From Candidatus Levyibacteriota bacterium (GTDB lineage: Bacteria > Patescibacteriota > Microgenomatia > Levybacterales > UBA12049), in assembly GCA_041906785.1 (NCBI GenBank), contig JAYRIM010000014.1, forward strand, positions 3,215 through 67,214: a DNA stretch of 64,000 nt, read 5' to 3'. The translations under genes and the position numbers were made by a program. Of this stretch, positions 19,938-28,038 are shown in pieces. Position 1 is the first letter of the stretch; each line of letters opens with the position of its first letter. A model generated the notes under the pieces. That model did not search any database. It saw nothing but the letters and a program-made list of their open reading frames with translations, and was not told the DNA's origin.

Positions 19938-20648
19938 ATGTCTACTATAACTGTCGAGCACGGCACACAGGAACTCCATATCTATCGGTTTGGAACGCAG
20001 GGCAAAGCGAAGCCTGTCCAGCAGTACTTTCCCGTTGAAGCAGAAACGGAGTTGAGACTTCATACTGGTCCCGGTACCGCTCGGACAGCTACGTTCAGTC
20101 TCACACCAGAGGCTGACTTTGCGAGATTGGTACTCAAGAAACGTATCGGTCGCACACCCGTGGCCGAAAGGAAAGTTCAAAAGGAGGAACTGGATGCAGG
20201 GGTAACGTCAGTAACAGTGAGGTTTGAAACTCAGCCGACTGAGAGAGGGCAAGTAGCTCAACCGATCACTAGCGTCAGATCAGTTCCTAAGAAGGGGGAC
20301 CCCTTCAGATTGGTCAGCATTCGAACACTCGCCGGCCTGCTTCAAAGAGCAGATGTTGATGGGGGTGAATATCGGGAAGTACAGGTTATTGACCTCGTGG
20401 CGCGGAACGTTGATGCCGAAGAGGATGACAGCATTGAGGCACAAGTGCGTCGTTTTGCCGAAGCAGGCGGAAGCCTGGCAGAACTAGCGCGCCGTGTAGT
20501 TCGGTATGCCACGCGGGGTCGCTCGGTTGACTCAGCGACCTTTGAGACAGAAGTAGGTGCCTTCGAAAAAACACTCACAGCTATGGTGGCACCAGAACAG
20601 CCGTCACTCGTCAAATCAGTACTGCGGCGCTTCAAGATTGGCAAGTAG
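19938..20648 (+). CDS. GC-rich orphan protein, cassette 3
   Basis: SD AGGAG at 19924-28; 236-aa open frame; no family recognised. Confidence 0.75.
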   Translation: MSTITVEHGTQELHIYRFGTQGKAKPVQQYFPVEAETELRLHTGPGTARTATFSLTPEADFARLVLKKRIGRTPVAERKVQKEELDAGVTSVTVRFETQPTERGQVAQPITSVRSVPKKGDPFRLVSIRTLAGLLQRADVDGGEYREVQVIDLVARNVDAEEDDSIEAQVRRFAEAGGSLAELARRVVRYATRGRSVDSATFETEVGAFEKTLTAMVAPEQPSLVKSVLRRFKIGK

Positions 20649-20830
20649 TCAGTGACCGGGGTTTGGGACTGTTGATTCATGATGTGGGTGGGAGATAGAA
20701 CTCCTTCTTTTTCTTACCTACACTCATGAATCTTTGTGATTATACGCGCTAAACTACGCAGAACTATACGCGTAAATACGCTGAATCAATCACAGAGATT
20801 CTGAGTGTAGGGACATACTTTACCCTACGG

Positions 20831-20886
20831 AAACCTGTTGGCTGAACATATGCGTTCATAACCAGCAGGTTTTTTTGTTTTTTTTC
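20831..20886 (+). terminator. Intrinsic terminator after cassette 3
   Basis: aaacctgttgg...ccagcaggttt followed by a long T run. Confidence 0.8.
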
Positions 20887-20950
20887 ACATCAATAGATAC
20901 GTCCTTAGTGTTTTTTGTTTTACTTTGCTATAATTTACAGTAGAGTTATA

Positions 20951-21049
20951 TACTAATTTCTACGAATTATATCCAAATTAATCCAAATAATTGTTTTATT
21001 CGTAATAATTAGGATTAAATAATCTTTTTTATTCGGATCAATTTGTAGG
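20951..21049. repeat. 9-nt-type periodic inverted-arm element
   Basis: tactaatttctacgaattatatccaaattaatccaaat ... attcgtaataattaggatt..attcggatcaatttgtag. Confidence 0.55.
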
Positions 21050-21066
21050 GAGAGGTGGTGATAAGA

Positions 21067-21489
21067 ATGAATGTTGAAGTAAATTTTCTCGCAGTTCTTC
21101 TCGCAGCTGTTGCTTCTATGGCACTTGGTTTTCTATGGTATAGTCCGACAATGTTCGGAAAACCCTGGATGAAACTCATGGGTTTGACAAATGAAAGTTT
21201 AAAAAAAGCGCAAAAAGAAATGGGAAAACTGTACGGTGTTAGTTTCGTCCTCGCTCTCGTCACTGCATATGTTTTATCACATGTCATGACATTATCTGGA
21301 AATTTTTATAACTATACGAGAGTGATGACTGGACTAACGACTGCTTTCTGGATGTGGCTCGGTTTTATCATGCCAGTTCAGCTTACTGACCAGATCTTCG
21401 GCGCAAAAAAGTGGAAACTGTTCGGGATAAATACAGGATACCAACTTGCATCATTAGTCGTGATGGCAGTAGTGCTGGGGTTTTTATAA
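21067..21489 (+). CDS. DUF1761 family membrane protein
   Basis: NFLAV..LGFLWYSP..FGKPW; INTGYQL. Confidence 0.82.
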   Translation: MNVEVNFLAVLLAAVASMALGFLWYSPTMFGKPWMKLMGLTNESLKKAQKEMGKLYGVSFVLALVTAYVLSHVMTLSGNFYNYTRVMTGLTTAFWMWLGFIMPVQLTDQIFGAKKWKLFGINTGYQLASLVVMAVVLGFL

Positions 21490-21549
21490 TCAGTTAGTTT
21501 TTACTTCTTTTAAACTTATTCTGTTATAACAGAATTTATTTTAGTGGGA

Positions 21550-21650
21550 TTTTAAGTCTCCAATTTCGAGTTTCCAGTTTCCATTTAGTAACGATTTATC
21601 AATTTATTATGAAAATAATTGGAAAATGGAAATTGGCAATTCGAAAATTT
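21550..21650. repeat. 7-nt periodic inverted-arm element (tttccaa / ttggaaa)
   Basis: tctccaa tttcgag tttccag tttccat ... ttggaaa atggaaa ttggcaa ttcgaaa. Confidence 0.75.
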
Positions 21651-21674
21651 AATTACGTGCTATACTAGGCGCGT

Positions 21675-21932
21675 ATGCATGACACCTATATCTCTGCAAG
21701 TGAACTAGCTGAATATGTGTATTGCCAGTGCTGCTGGATGGATAAACTTGAAGGCTTACAGAAAGAAACTCTAGAAATGGAGAAAGGAAAAAGTGCACAT
21801 GATTCTATCTACCGCTGGGTATTTCTTTTCCTTCGAGCTCGATTAGCTATCATTTTTCTCATATTAGTTAGTGCCATTATTTTCTTAGCACAATTTATTT
21901 TAGTATTTATCTATCATACAAGCCTATGGTAA
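21675..21932 (+). CDS. Cas4-like N-terminal module plus C-terminal TM helix
   Basis: ISASELAEYVYC..CW and M..G..AH match the Cas4/RecB N-terminus, followed by a TM helix. Confidence 0.65.
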   Translation: MHDTYISASELAEYVYCQCCWMDKLEGLQKETLEMEKGKSAHDSIYRWVFLFLRARLAIIFLILVSAIIFLAQFILVFIYHTSLW

Positions 21933-22414
21933 TACTTATAGTTTTTTTCATATTATTTATCCTGGGAATTAGTGCACTTTTTACTATTACTTTCGCAAGG
22001 AGAAATTTCCTTCCTGAAGGAGAAATCATGTATGCTGACTCATCAGCCAAACCTGCTGGCATTCTGCATTCGACTACCATTCCTATAATGGGAAGACCAG
22101 ACTATGTGTTAAAGAAAGATGAATTTTATATTCCAGTAGAAGTGAAAACGGGGAAGACTCCGAAAACACCATACCCGAATCACGTCGCACAGCTATATGC
22201 ATATTGTTTTCTCGTCGAAGAACGATATCATGTTCGTCCGCCATATGGCGTTATCCGGGACCCTGAGAAAGAATTTATGCTGGCATTTCCTGAGCAGACT
22301 GAGAATTACTTAATTCACACGGTTAATGAGATTATAGAAAAGAAAAAAGGAGAATTGTCGAGAAAAGAATTAAAAAGGATGTGTAAGGAATGTAGGGAAC
22401 ATATAAAAGAATAA
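21926..22414 (+). CDS. Membrane-anchored Cas4-like PD-(D/E)XK nuclease core
   Basis: N-terminal TM; GRPD, PVEVKTG, QLYAY; C-terminal CKEC. Confidence 0.8.
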   Translation: MVILIVFFILFILGISALFTITFARRNFLPEGEIMYADSSAKPAGILHSTTIPIMGRPDYVLKKDEFYIPVEVKTGKTPKTPYPNHVAQLYAYCFLVEERYHVRPPYGVIRDPEKEFMLAFPEQTENYLIHTVNEIIEKKKGELSRKELKRMCKECREHIKE

Positions 22415-22420
22415 TTTTTC

Positions 22421-22536
22421 TTCTTACTTTTGTTGGCAAAAGTAACAAAACCAGTGAGCTAGTGAGAAAATGAGCTAAAATTGTTTCATTCTGACACTCA
22501 TTCAACAATTTCTTCACGCATTTTCTCAACGCTCAC
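22421..22536. repeat. Dispersed palindromic (MITE-like) repeat, copy 2
   Basis: Near-identical arms to 939-1116 but lacks its internal ~60-nt insert. Confidence 0.85.
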
Positions 22537-22787
22537 AGATATAATTGTTTTTGTAATAGTCCTGTAGTATAATCCTCTGGCTTATCTGTATCTTATAGAT
22601 TTTATCTAAAAAGATTGCTTTTAAGCGCACTTTTACAAGCTAGTGCGTATTACGTGGCCGTTAGGAATATAGTTATGAGTTGTCAGTTGTCGGCTGTCAG
22701 TTAAGACAATTTGCTCATTACTATATTGCTAGCGGTCACTAGCACTTCTCATATCAGAACAAGACTCGAAACACAGGAGTTACTACT

Positions 22788-23603
22788 ATGCGAGATCCAG
22801 AGCGTGATCCATTCGAAATCGTTGATAAGACGCTTGCGTTTGCTCAACGAATCATATCAGCGTCCGGCCAGAAAGGGTTGTTCACGACAGTGCTTGTCGT
22901 AGATCCTCGGGGCCGAGAACTGGTCGGTAAGAAAGCATGGGCGGGTAGCCCACCCACAGATCCGAAGCCGCGTCCACCGCACATCGGCCCGGCCAAGTTG
23001 GCGGAGATTCTGCTATATGGCGACCTTGACTTGCCGCTAGAGATGAGTCCTATAAGTGGGTTACTGTCAACCGGCTTCATGGGCGGTGTTCGACGACTCG
23101 TCCATGACTACCTCGTGGACATCCACTTTCTCACATCGTGCAGTGGGTGGTCGCAGGAGAGCGACGCGATGATGGCGCTCCTTCTCAACTACTGCATGAC
23201 ATACCCGATCCAACTGCACCACGTAGGATTTGGGTACAAGACAGAGGAGGATGCGCGGGCCGCTATCGAGGCCGACGAGAGGTACTACGGTGTCACGGGT
23301 CTCTATCATCCCGTGGATGACCATCACCGGGTTTACATTCTCACACCCGCTGGTCATTATCGCGAACACCAGTGGGGCGAGGACGTTAAGCCTGGCAACG
23401 TCCACTGGGACTTTTGGACACCAGACATCTCGCCTGAGTTCGTTATCAACTTCATTGCCCGGCAATTGGGGAGGCGTGTCCTGGAGACCAACATGTGGGA
23501 CCACTCTCCCAATTCGCCTGTTGGCGTCGTATGGACAGACAACGACGGGAGACCCTTCGGCGTGATGACCAGGAAAGAGTGGTGGAACGTTTCCACCGCG
23601 TAA
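22788..23603 (+). CDS. GC-rich orphan protein (possible VOC/glyoxalase-like C-terminal half), cassette 4
   Basis: SD AGGAG at 22775-79; LHHVGF...YREH...VHWDF pattern gives weak fold evidence. Confidence 0.75.
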   Translation: MRDPERDPFEIVDKTLAFAQRIISASGQKGLFTTVLVVDPRGRELVGKKAWAGSPPTDPKPRPPHIGPAKLAEILLYGDLDLPLEMSPISGLLSTGFMGGVRRLVHDYLVDIHFLTSCSGWSQESDAMMALLLNYCMTYPIQLHHVGFGYKTEEDARAAIEADERYYGVTGLYHPVDDHHRVYILTPAGHYREHQWGEDVKPGNVHWDFWTPDISPEFVINFIARQLGRRVLETNMWDHSPNSPVGVVWTDNDGRPFGVMTRKEWWNVSTA

Positions 23604-23715
23604 GTATCAACCTGAGAAGTGTGACCGCACTAGCTTGCGGGATGGGGCGAGTTTAGGTGTAACAGCCTAGCTCGTCCCTCCCAACAGCTAAACTATAGAG
23701 TGAAATAATGTGAAT

Positions 23716-24717
23716 TTACTTCTTCTCGCCCTCTTCATTTTTATGGAGTTCTCCATCTTCACGAAGAAATTTTATAATACTTGGAATACTGGCAGCAGTC
23801 GGAAGTGCTAGGAATGCGCCAATAACGCCGAATAACGATGCGCCGATAATAAGTGCTATAAATCCGAGAGCTGGAGATATGTGTAACGCTTTATTATAAA
23901 TAGTCGGCGCGAGAATTCCCCCTTCGATTTGTTGATAAATCAGATAGAGTAACGCTATTAATAGAGCAGTAAACGGTGAAATACTTAACCCAATTAAAAT
24001 TGCAGGAATCATCGCGAGTGTTAATCCCACAAGCGGAAATAAATCGAGGAGTGCAGTGAAAATAGCTAAAGGTGCTGCGAAGGGAATATTCATAAGCGTT
24101 AGTCCGATAAAGATAGTTAAACCGCAAAATGTTGAAATAAATAATCCACCTCGAACATATTGTCCATTCACATGAGCGAGTTCATGGAGTAATCGTGCGA
24201 TTCGTTTTTGTCGCGGGCTGGGAAGAACAGAGAGAAACATCTCTACTAATCGTTTTCCATCCAGAAGGAAATAAAATGTTAAGAAAAATAATGTTAGTAA
24301 AGAAGTAAAAATACTTGTAATAAATGTTGTCGATAATAAAACGTAACTGGCTGCATTTTCGGCATACTGTGAAAGATCTACTTTTCTCGCTGCAGGTGGA
24401 ATAATAGGAGACTTATTTAATAACCCATCAATAGTTGTTAATACATCCGGGAGTTGATTAATAAAACTCGGAATAATTGTAAGACCAAGAATAATAAAAG
24501 GAATAAGCAGTAGACAAACCACAAGCATCGCTGAAATGATCATGGGAAGATGTTTATCCAGTTTTTTAGCCAAAGGATAGAGTGCAGTTGAAAGCATCGC
24601 CGAAATCAGAATTAGAATGAGTATCGGTAATGCTTTCCATACGAAAAGAAGAATTAACCCGGCAGTGATAATGCGTCCAAGTGCATTCCAACTAAAAGGG
24701 TGTTCGTATTTCTGCAT
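23716..24717 (-). CDS. AI-2E family transporter
   Basis: Multi-TM; LSTALYP, FPLVG, YQQIEG.IL.P, GVIGAFLALP; start moved to ATG 24717. Confidence 0.88.
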   Translation of the reverse strand: MQKYEHPFSWNALGRIITAGLILLFVWKALPILILILISAMLSTALYPLAKKLDKHLPMIISAMLVVCLLLIPFIILGLTIIPSFINQLPDVLTTIDGLLNKSPIIPPAARKVDLSQYAENAASYVLLSTTFITSIFTSLLTLFFLTFYFLLDGKRLVEMFLSVLPSPRQKRIARLLHELAHVNGQYVRGGLFISTFCGLTIFIGLTLMNIPFAAPLAIFTALLDLFPLVGLTLAMIPAILIGLSISPFTALLIALLYLIYQQIEGGILAPTIYNKALHISPALGFIALIIGASLFGVIGAFLALPTAASIPSIIKFLREDGELHKNEEGEKK

Positions 24718-24830
24718 ATAAATATTGTACGGTATAAATCTATGTGTTACAACACATCTTGCAAAACGTATTCTCATCCTTCTATAGTAAAGATAGATGA
24801 GTAAATTCGGTCAAACAATATATTCTGGGT

Positions 24831-24868
24831 GACCGAAGACCGCCTTCGTTGAAATTTCGGCGGTCGAG
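24831..24868. repeat. REP-like palindrome (ccttcgttgaaatttcgg family)
   Basis: gaccgccttcgttgaaatttcggcggtc; related to 15873-15943. Confidence 0.6.
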
Positions 24869-24882
24869 GGAGGTGAGGAGAA

Positions 24883-25125
24883 GTGGAAGAACAGAGCGTG
24901 CAAAGCAATACTGCGGTTACATCGAAAAGCAATTCTAATCTAGGTTTATTTATTGTTGTTTTTCTGGCAGTCGTGGCTGGGTTTGTGGGAGGTTTTTTCG
25001 TTGCTAGAGACCGCTACATTATGCGAATAGGTGAGATCAGTAGAATGCATATGGAGAAAGCTGTAGCTGTAGATTCATTACGACAGGAACTCCGTGTCTT
25101 AGGAGCAAGTACAAAGGCTAAATAG
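24883..25125 (+). CDS. Small single-TM hypothetical protein
   Basis: SD GGAGGTGA before a GTG start; one TM helix. Confidence 0.7.
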   Translation: MEEQSVQSNTAVTSKSNSNLGLFIVVFLAVVAGFVGGFFVARDRYIMRIGEISRMHMEKAVAVDSLRQELRVLGASTKAK

Positions 25126-25202
25126 TCTTATTGCAATTAAGACACAGCTGTACTGTTTCGTCTTTCCTTGCTTCAAAAGATTAGCTTTGCTATCATTTGC
25201 GA

Positions 25203-26132
25203 ATGGCAGAGCGATTATCATATTATTCTTGGAGTGTTAGTTCGGCAAGTAATCCTTCAAATATAGAAACAACGTTTGCTGTTGCAAGGCAACTGTCAAA
25301 TGAAGATAGACCGTTTCATGTCCTCGTTTATCCATTTAAAGATTCTCTCGGTTTTGGGCTTCGACAAGCAGCTCAAATATATGGATATGATCCTCAACCA
25401 GTGACAGTAGCAGATACCATGAAAGCAGTAGAAAAATACGGAATACAAGTTAGCAGCGTTCATGGAGAGTTTGACTATAATGAAGCAGATAAACATGAAC
25501 AAGTTAATAGACATAGTAAGTGGTTTACACGTCAACGAGAAGATCGTGTGTGGCCACAGGTATTAGGTTATGCAGAATCAGGTCATGCCCTTGATTTCAC
25601 GTTGCGATTAAGAGATGAACAAATGAAAAGACGACAAGGAAATGATCCGATAGCACCATCAATCGGCTATCATCTGAATATCTTTGCACATATGAGCGAT
25701 GCCCTTGCAGCACGACTTGAGAAAAGCGGATTACAGCTAATGGTTGAAACGACTGGATATGTTTCTGATAGGGAAGGAACTCCACCAGAAGAATTAGCAT
25801 TGCAGTTTCTTGAAAGATTTCCAAATGGGGAAATTATTTTCGCTGCAGATCATCATCCTGAAGAGCAAAAACCAATATACGAAAATAGAGTGTTTATTGA
25901 CCGAGTAGCGATGGTGCATGTTGACCATAGTGGAGTTGCGTTAGCAGCTCAAGGAGATAAGCGTAATCGTGATCTCTATGGCCCTATTGCGCAAGGAGTT
26001 TTACTACCCGGAACTGAACTTGTTCTTGAGCATCGTAATCCTCGATTTAATAAATTATCAGTAGCGAAACAAGCAGACGAACATAGAAAAGTTATTGAAT
26101 TTTTCCGAGTACCAGAGCGTATCGCTGCATAA
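25203..26132 (+). CDS. Hypothetical protein, possibly an AP-endonuclease-2/xylose-isomerase-like TIM barrel
   Basis: VSSVH, LMVE, ADH, VHVD, LVLEH pattern; ends ERIAA. Confidence 0.5.
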   Translation: MAERLSYYSWSVSSASNPSNIETTFAVARQLSNEDRPFHVLVYPFKDSLGFGLRQAAQIYGYDPQPVTVADTMKAVEKYGIQVSSVHGEFDYNEADKHEQVNRHSKWFTRQREDRVWPQVLGYAESGHALDFTLRLRDEQMKRRQGNDPIAPSIGYHLNIFAHMSDALAARLEKSGLQLMVETTGYVSDREGTPPEELALQFLERFPNGEIIFAADHHPEEQKPIYENRVFIDRVAMVHVDHSGVALAAQGDKRNRDLYGPIAQGVLLPGTELVLEHRNPRFNKLSVAKQADEHRKVIEFFRVPERIAA

Positions 26133-26140
26133 GATGGTTA

Positions 26141-26177
26141 TTGACTTTCTATCGCTAACGTTATAACATGTTATAAC
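26141..26177 (+). promoter_or_regulatory. TA operon promoter with palindromic operator
   Basis: TTGACT -35; perfect 18-bp palindrome gttataacatgttataac (26160-26177) over the -10. Confidence 0.7.
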
Positions 26178-26201
26178 CCTTCGACAAGCTCAGGGCAAGC
26201 T

Positions 26202-26450
26202 ATGAAGACAAAAATAAGAAAAATCGGAAATTCGATGGGCGTCATAATTCCTAAAGAAGTTCAGAAAGAGGCTGAATTAAAATTAGGAGACAATGTTGCT
26301 GTTTTATATTCTCCCTCAGAAAGTACAGTAGTTATTGGAAAGGAAGAAGATATGAAAGTAAAATCTCCTATCACGCCTGAATTTTATAATTGGTTAAAAA
26401 ACTTCAATAAAAAATATAAAAAAGCGCTTACTGAGCTTGCAAAAAAGTGA
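26202..26450 (+). CDS. AbrB/MazE-family antitoxin
   Basis: KIRKIGNSMGVIIPKE; overlaps the toxin start (GTGA). Confidence 0.88.
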   Translation: MKTKIRKIGNSMGVIIPKEVQKEAELKLGDNVAVLYSPSESTVVIGKEEDMKVKSPITPEFYNWLKNFNKKYKKALTELAKK

Positions 26451-26845
26451 AAATACACTATCTTACATTAGATGAAGTGCTTGCTATTCATGATAGTATG
26501 ATTGAAGAATATGGGGGTAGTTCTGGAATTCGAGATGTTGGTTTAATCCAATCTGCAATCGCAAGGCCACAAGCATCCTTCGGAGGTGAAGATCTTTATA
26601 AGAATATTTTTGACAAAGCTGCTGCTTTTTTTCATTCTTTGATGTTTAATCATGCATTTGTCGATGGGAATAAACGAACGACGATTACATCAACAGCACG
26701 ATTTTTATATAAAAATGGATATGAGCTAGCGGTCAATGAGAAAGAATTTGTTGCATTTCCTTTACGAGTAGAAAATAATCATTTAGATATAGAAGAAATT
26801 TCTGCTTGGTTGAAAAAGAATACAAAAAAATTAACAGATCTATGA
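26447..26845 (+). CDS. doc: Death-on-curing (Doc/Fic) toxin
   Basis: GG..GIRD..L..SA..RP; NHAFVDGNKRT. Confidence 0.9.
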   Translation: MKIHYLTLDEVLAIHDSMIEEYGGSSGIRDVGLIQSAIARPQASFGGEDLYKNIFDKAAAFFHSLMFNHAFVDGNKRTTITSTARFLYKNGYELAVNEKEFVAFPLRVENNHLDIEEISAWLKKNTKKLTDL

Positions 26846-27567
26846 GTAAAGTGATTATCATTGAGGGTCGAAACATGGTTCATGATGCATTAACTTCAGA
26901 TAAAAAACTGAAGAAAGTGGTTATCAGTAGAGAAAGTATCGGTGATCCAAAAATTGAAGAGATTATTCAGCTCACAAAGAAGAAAAATGTTTCTTTTTCT
27001 ATTCTTCCTTCTCATGAAATTCGAGGTATAGCACAATCACAAAATCCTCAAAATATCATCGCTGAAATGGAAATAGAAATTCCTTCATTGAAGAAGATTT
27101 TAGATTCTAAAGAAAATCCTTTAATTCTTCTATTTAACCGTTTAGATTATGAACAGAATCTAGGTGCTATTTTACGAACTTCGTGGGGTGCAGGTGTAGA
27201 CGCTGTCATCGCATCACCCAGCGGTGTTCATGAATTAACTCCTGTTGTGACAAAAGTATCCATGGGAGGAGCGGCACATGTTCCACTTCTCGGCGAAAGT
27301 CTTTTCCCCGCGCTAAAACTGATAAAAGATTATGGAATTCCTGTTGTGGGTGTAGAGGAAGATTTAGGTGAGCCATATTTTAGTCAAGAACTTCGTGGGC
27401 CTGTAGCATTCGTTTTTGGAGGAGAGGATTCAGGTTTGTCAGAACCTTTAAGAAAATACTGTGATATATTTATTCACATTCCTATGAAATCAGGATTGTC
27501 TTCTCTTAATGTCAGTGTAGCTACAGCGTTAATTGTTTTTGAGAAAATGAGACAAGAAAGAGAATAA
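26842..27567 (+). CDS. TrmH/SpoU family RNA 2'-O-methyltransferase (RlmB-like)
   Basis: NLGAILR, GGEDSGL, IPM..LSSLNVSVA; ATGA overlap with the doc stop. Confidence 0.88.
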   Translation: MSKVIIIEGRNMVHDALTSDKKLKKVVISRESIGDPKIEEIIQLTKKKNVSFSILPSHEIRGIAQSQNPQNIIAEMEIEIPSLKKILDSKENPLILLFNRLDYEQNLGAILRTSWGAGVDAVIASPSGVHELTPVVTKVSMGGAAHVPLLGESLFPALKLIKDYGIPVVGVEEDLGEPYFSQELRGPVAFVFGGEDSGLSEPLRKYCDIFIHIPMKSGLSSLNVSVATALIVFEKMRQERE

Positions 27568-27570
27568 AAT

Positions 27571-28038
27571 ATGCCGCATATTCATGAAGACATAGATTTT
27601 ACAGTGGATGTCTACGTCGTGTATAAAAATAAAGTTCTCCTACGTATGCATGAAAAGTATAATATGTGGCTTGCAGTAGGAGGGCATGTAGAATTGACTG
27701 AAGATGTGAATGAAGCTGCTATTCGTGAAGTAAAAGAAGAAGTTGGTTTAGATGTCGTATTAGATAATCATTTACAGACATTCCATTTGGACAATAAAAA
27801 CTTTAAAGAGCTTATCCCACCATACCATTTTAATATTCACACTATTAATGAACGACATAGACATTCATCGTTAGTTTATTTTGCTCGTTCGAATAGTGAT
27901 TTCATCATCCAACCTGAAGGAGAAGAGAAAAGTAGTGCTTGTGTGTGGTTTACGAAAGAAGAAATAGAGAAACATCCTGATTTAAACCCAGAGATCAGAT
28001 ATTATGCACTTCATGCCCTTACAGTTCTAGGTGAATAA
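27571..28038 (+). CDS. NUDIX hydrolase
   Basis: GGHVELTE...AIREVKEEVGL. Confidence 0.9.
   Translation: MPHIHEDIDFTVDVYVVYKNKVLLRMHEKYNMWLAVGGHVELTEDVNEAAIREVKEEVGLDVVLDNHLQTFHLDNKNFKELIPPYHFNIHTINERHRHSSLVYFARSNSDFIIQPEGEEKSSACVWFTKEEIEKHPDLNPEIRYYALHALTVLGE

Noticed and set aside
21675-22560. CRISPR-Cas locus suggested by the Cas4-like genes
   Set aside because: No repeat-spacer array, cas1 or cas2 in the window; nearby repeats are short periodic or palindromic elements without unique spacers.
17641-23682. Integron cassette array, prophage or IS explanation for the GC-rich orphans
   Set aside because: No integrase, transposase or phage genes. No shared attC-like site or common terminal repeat was seen, and the cassettes are interspersed with ordinary host genes and have their own leaders and 3' hairpins.
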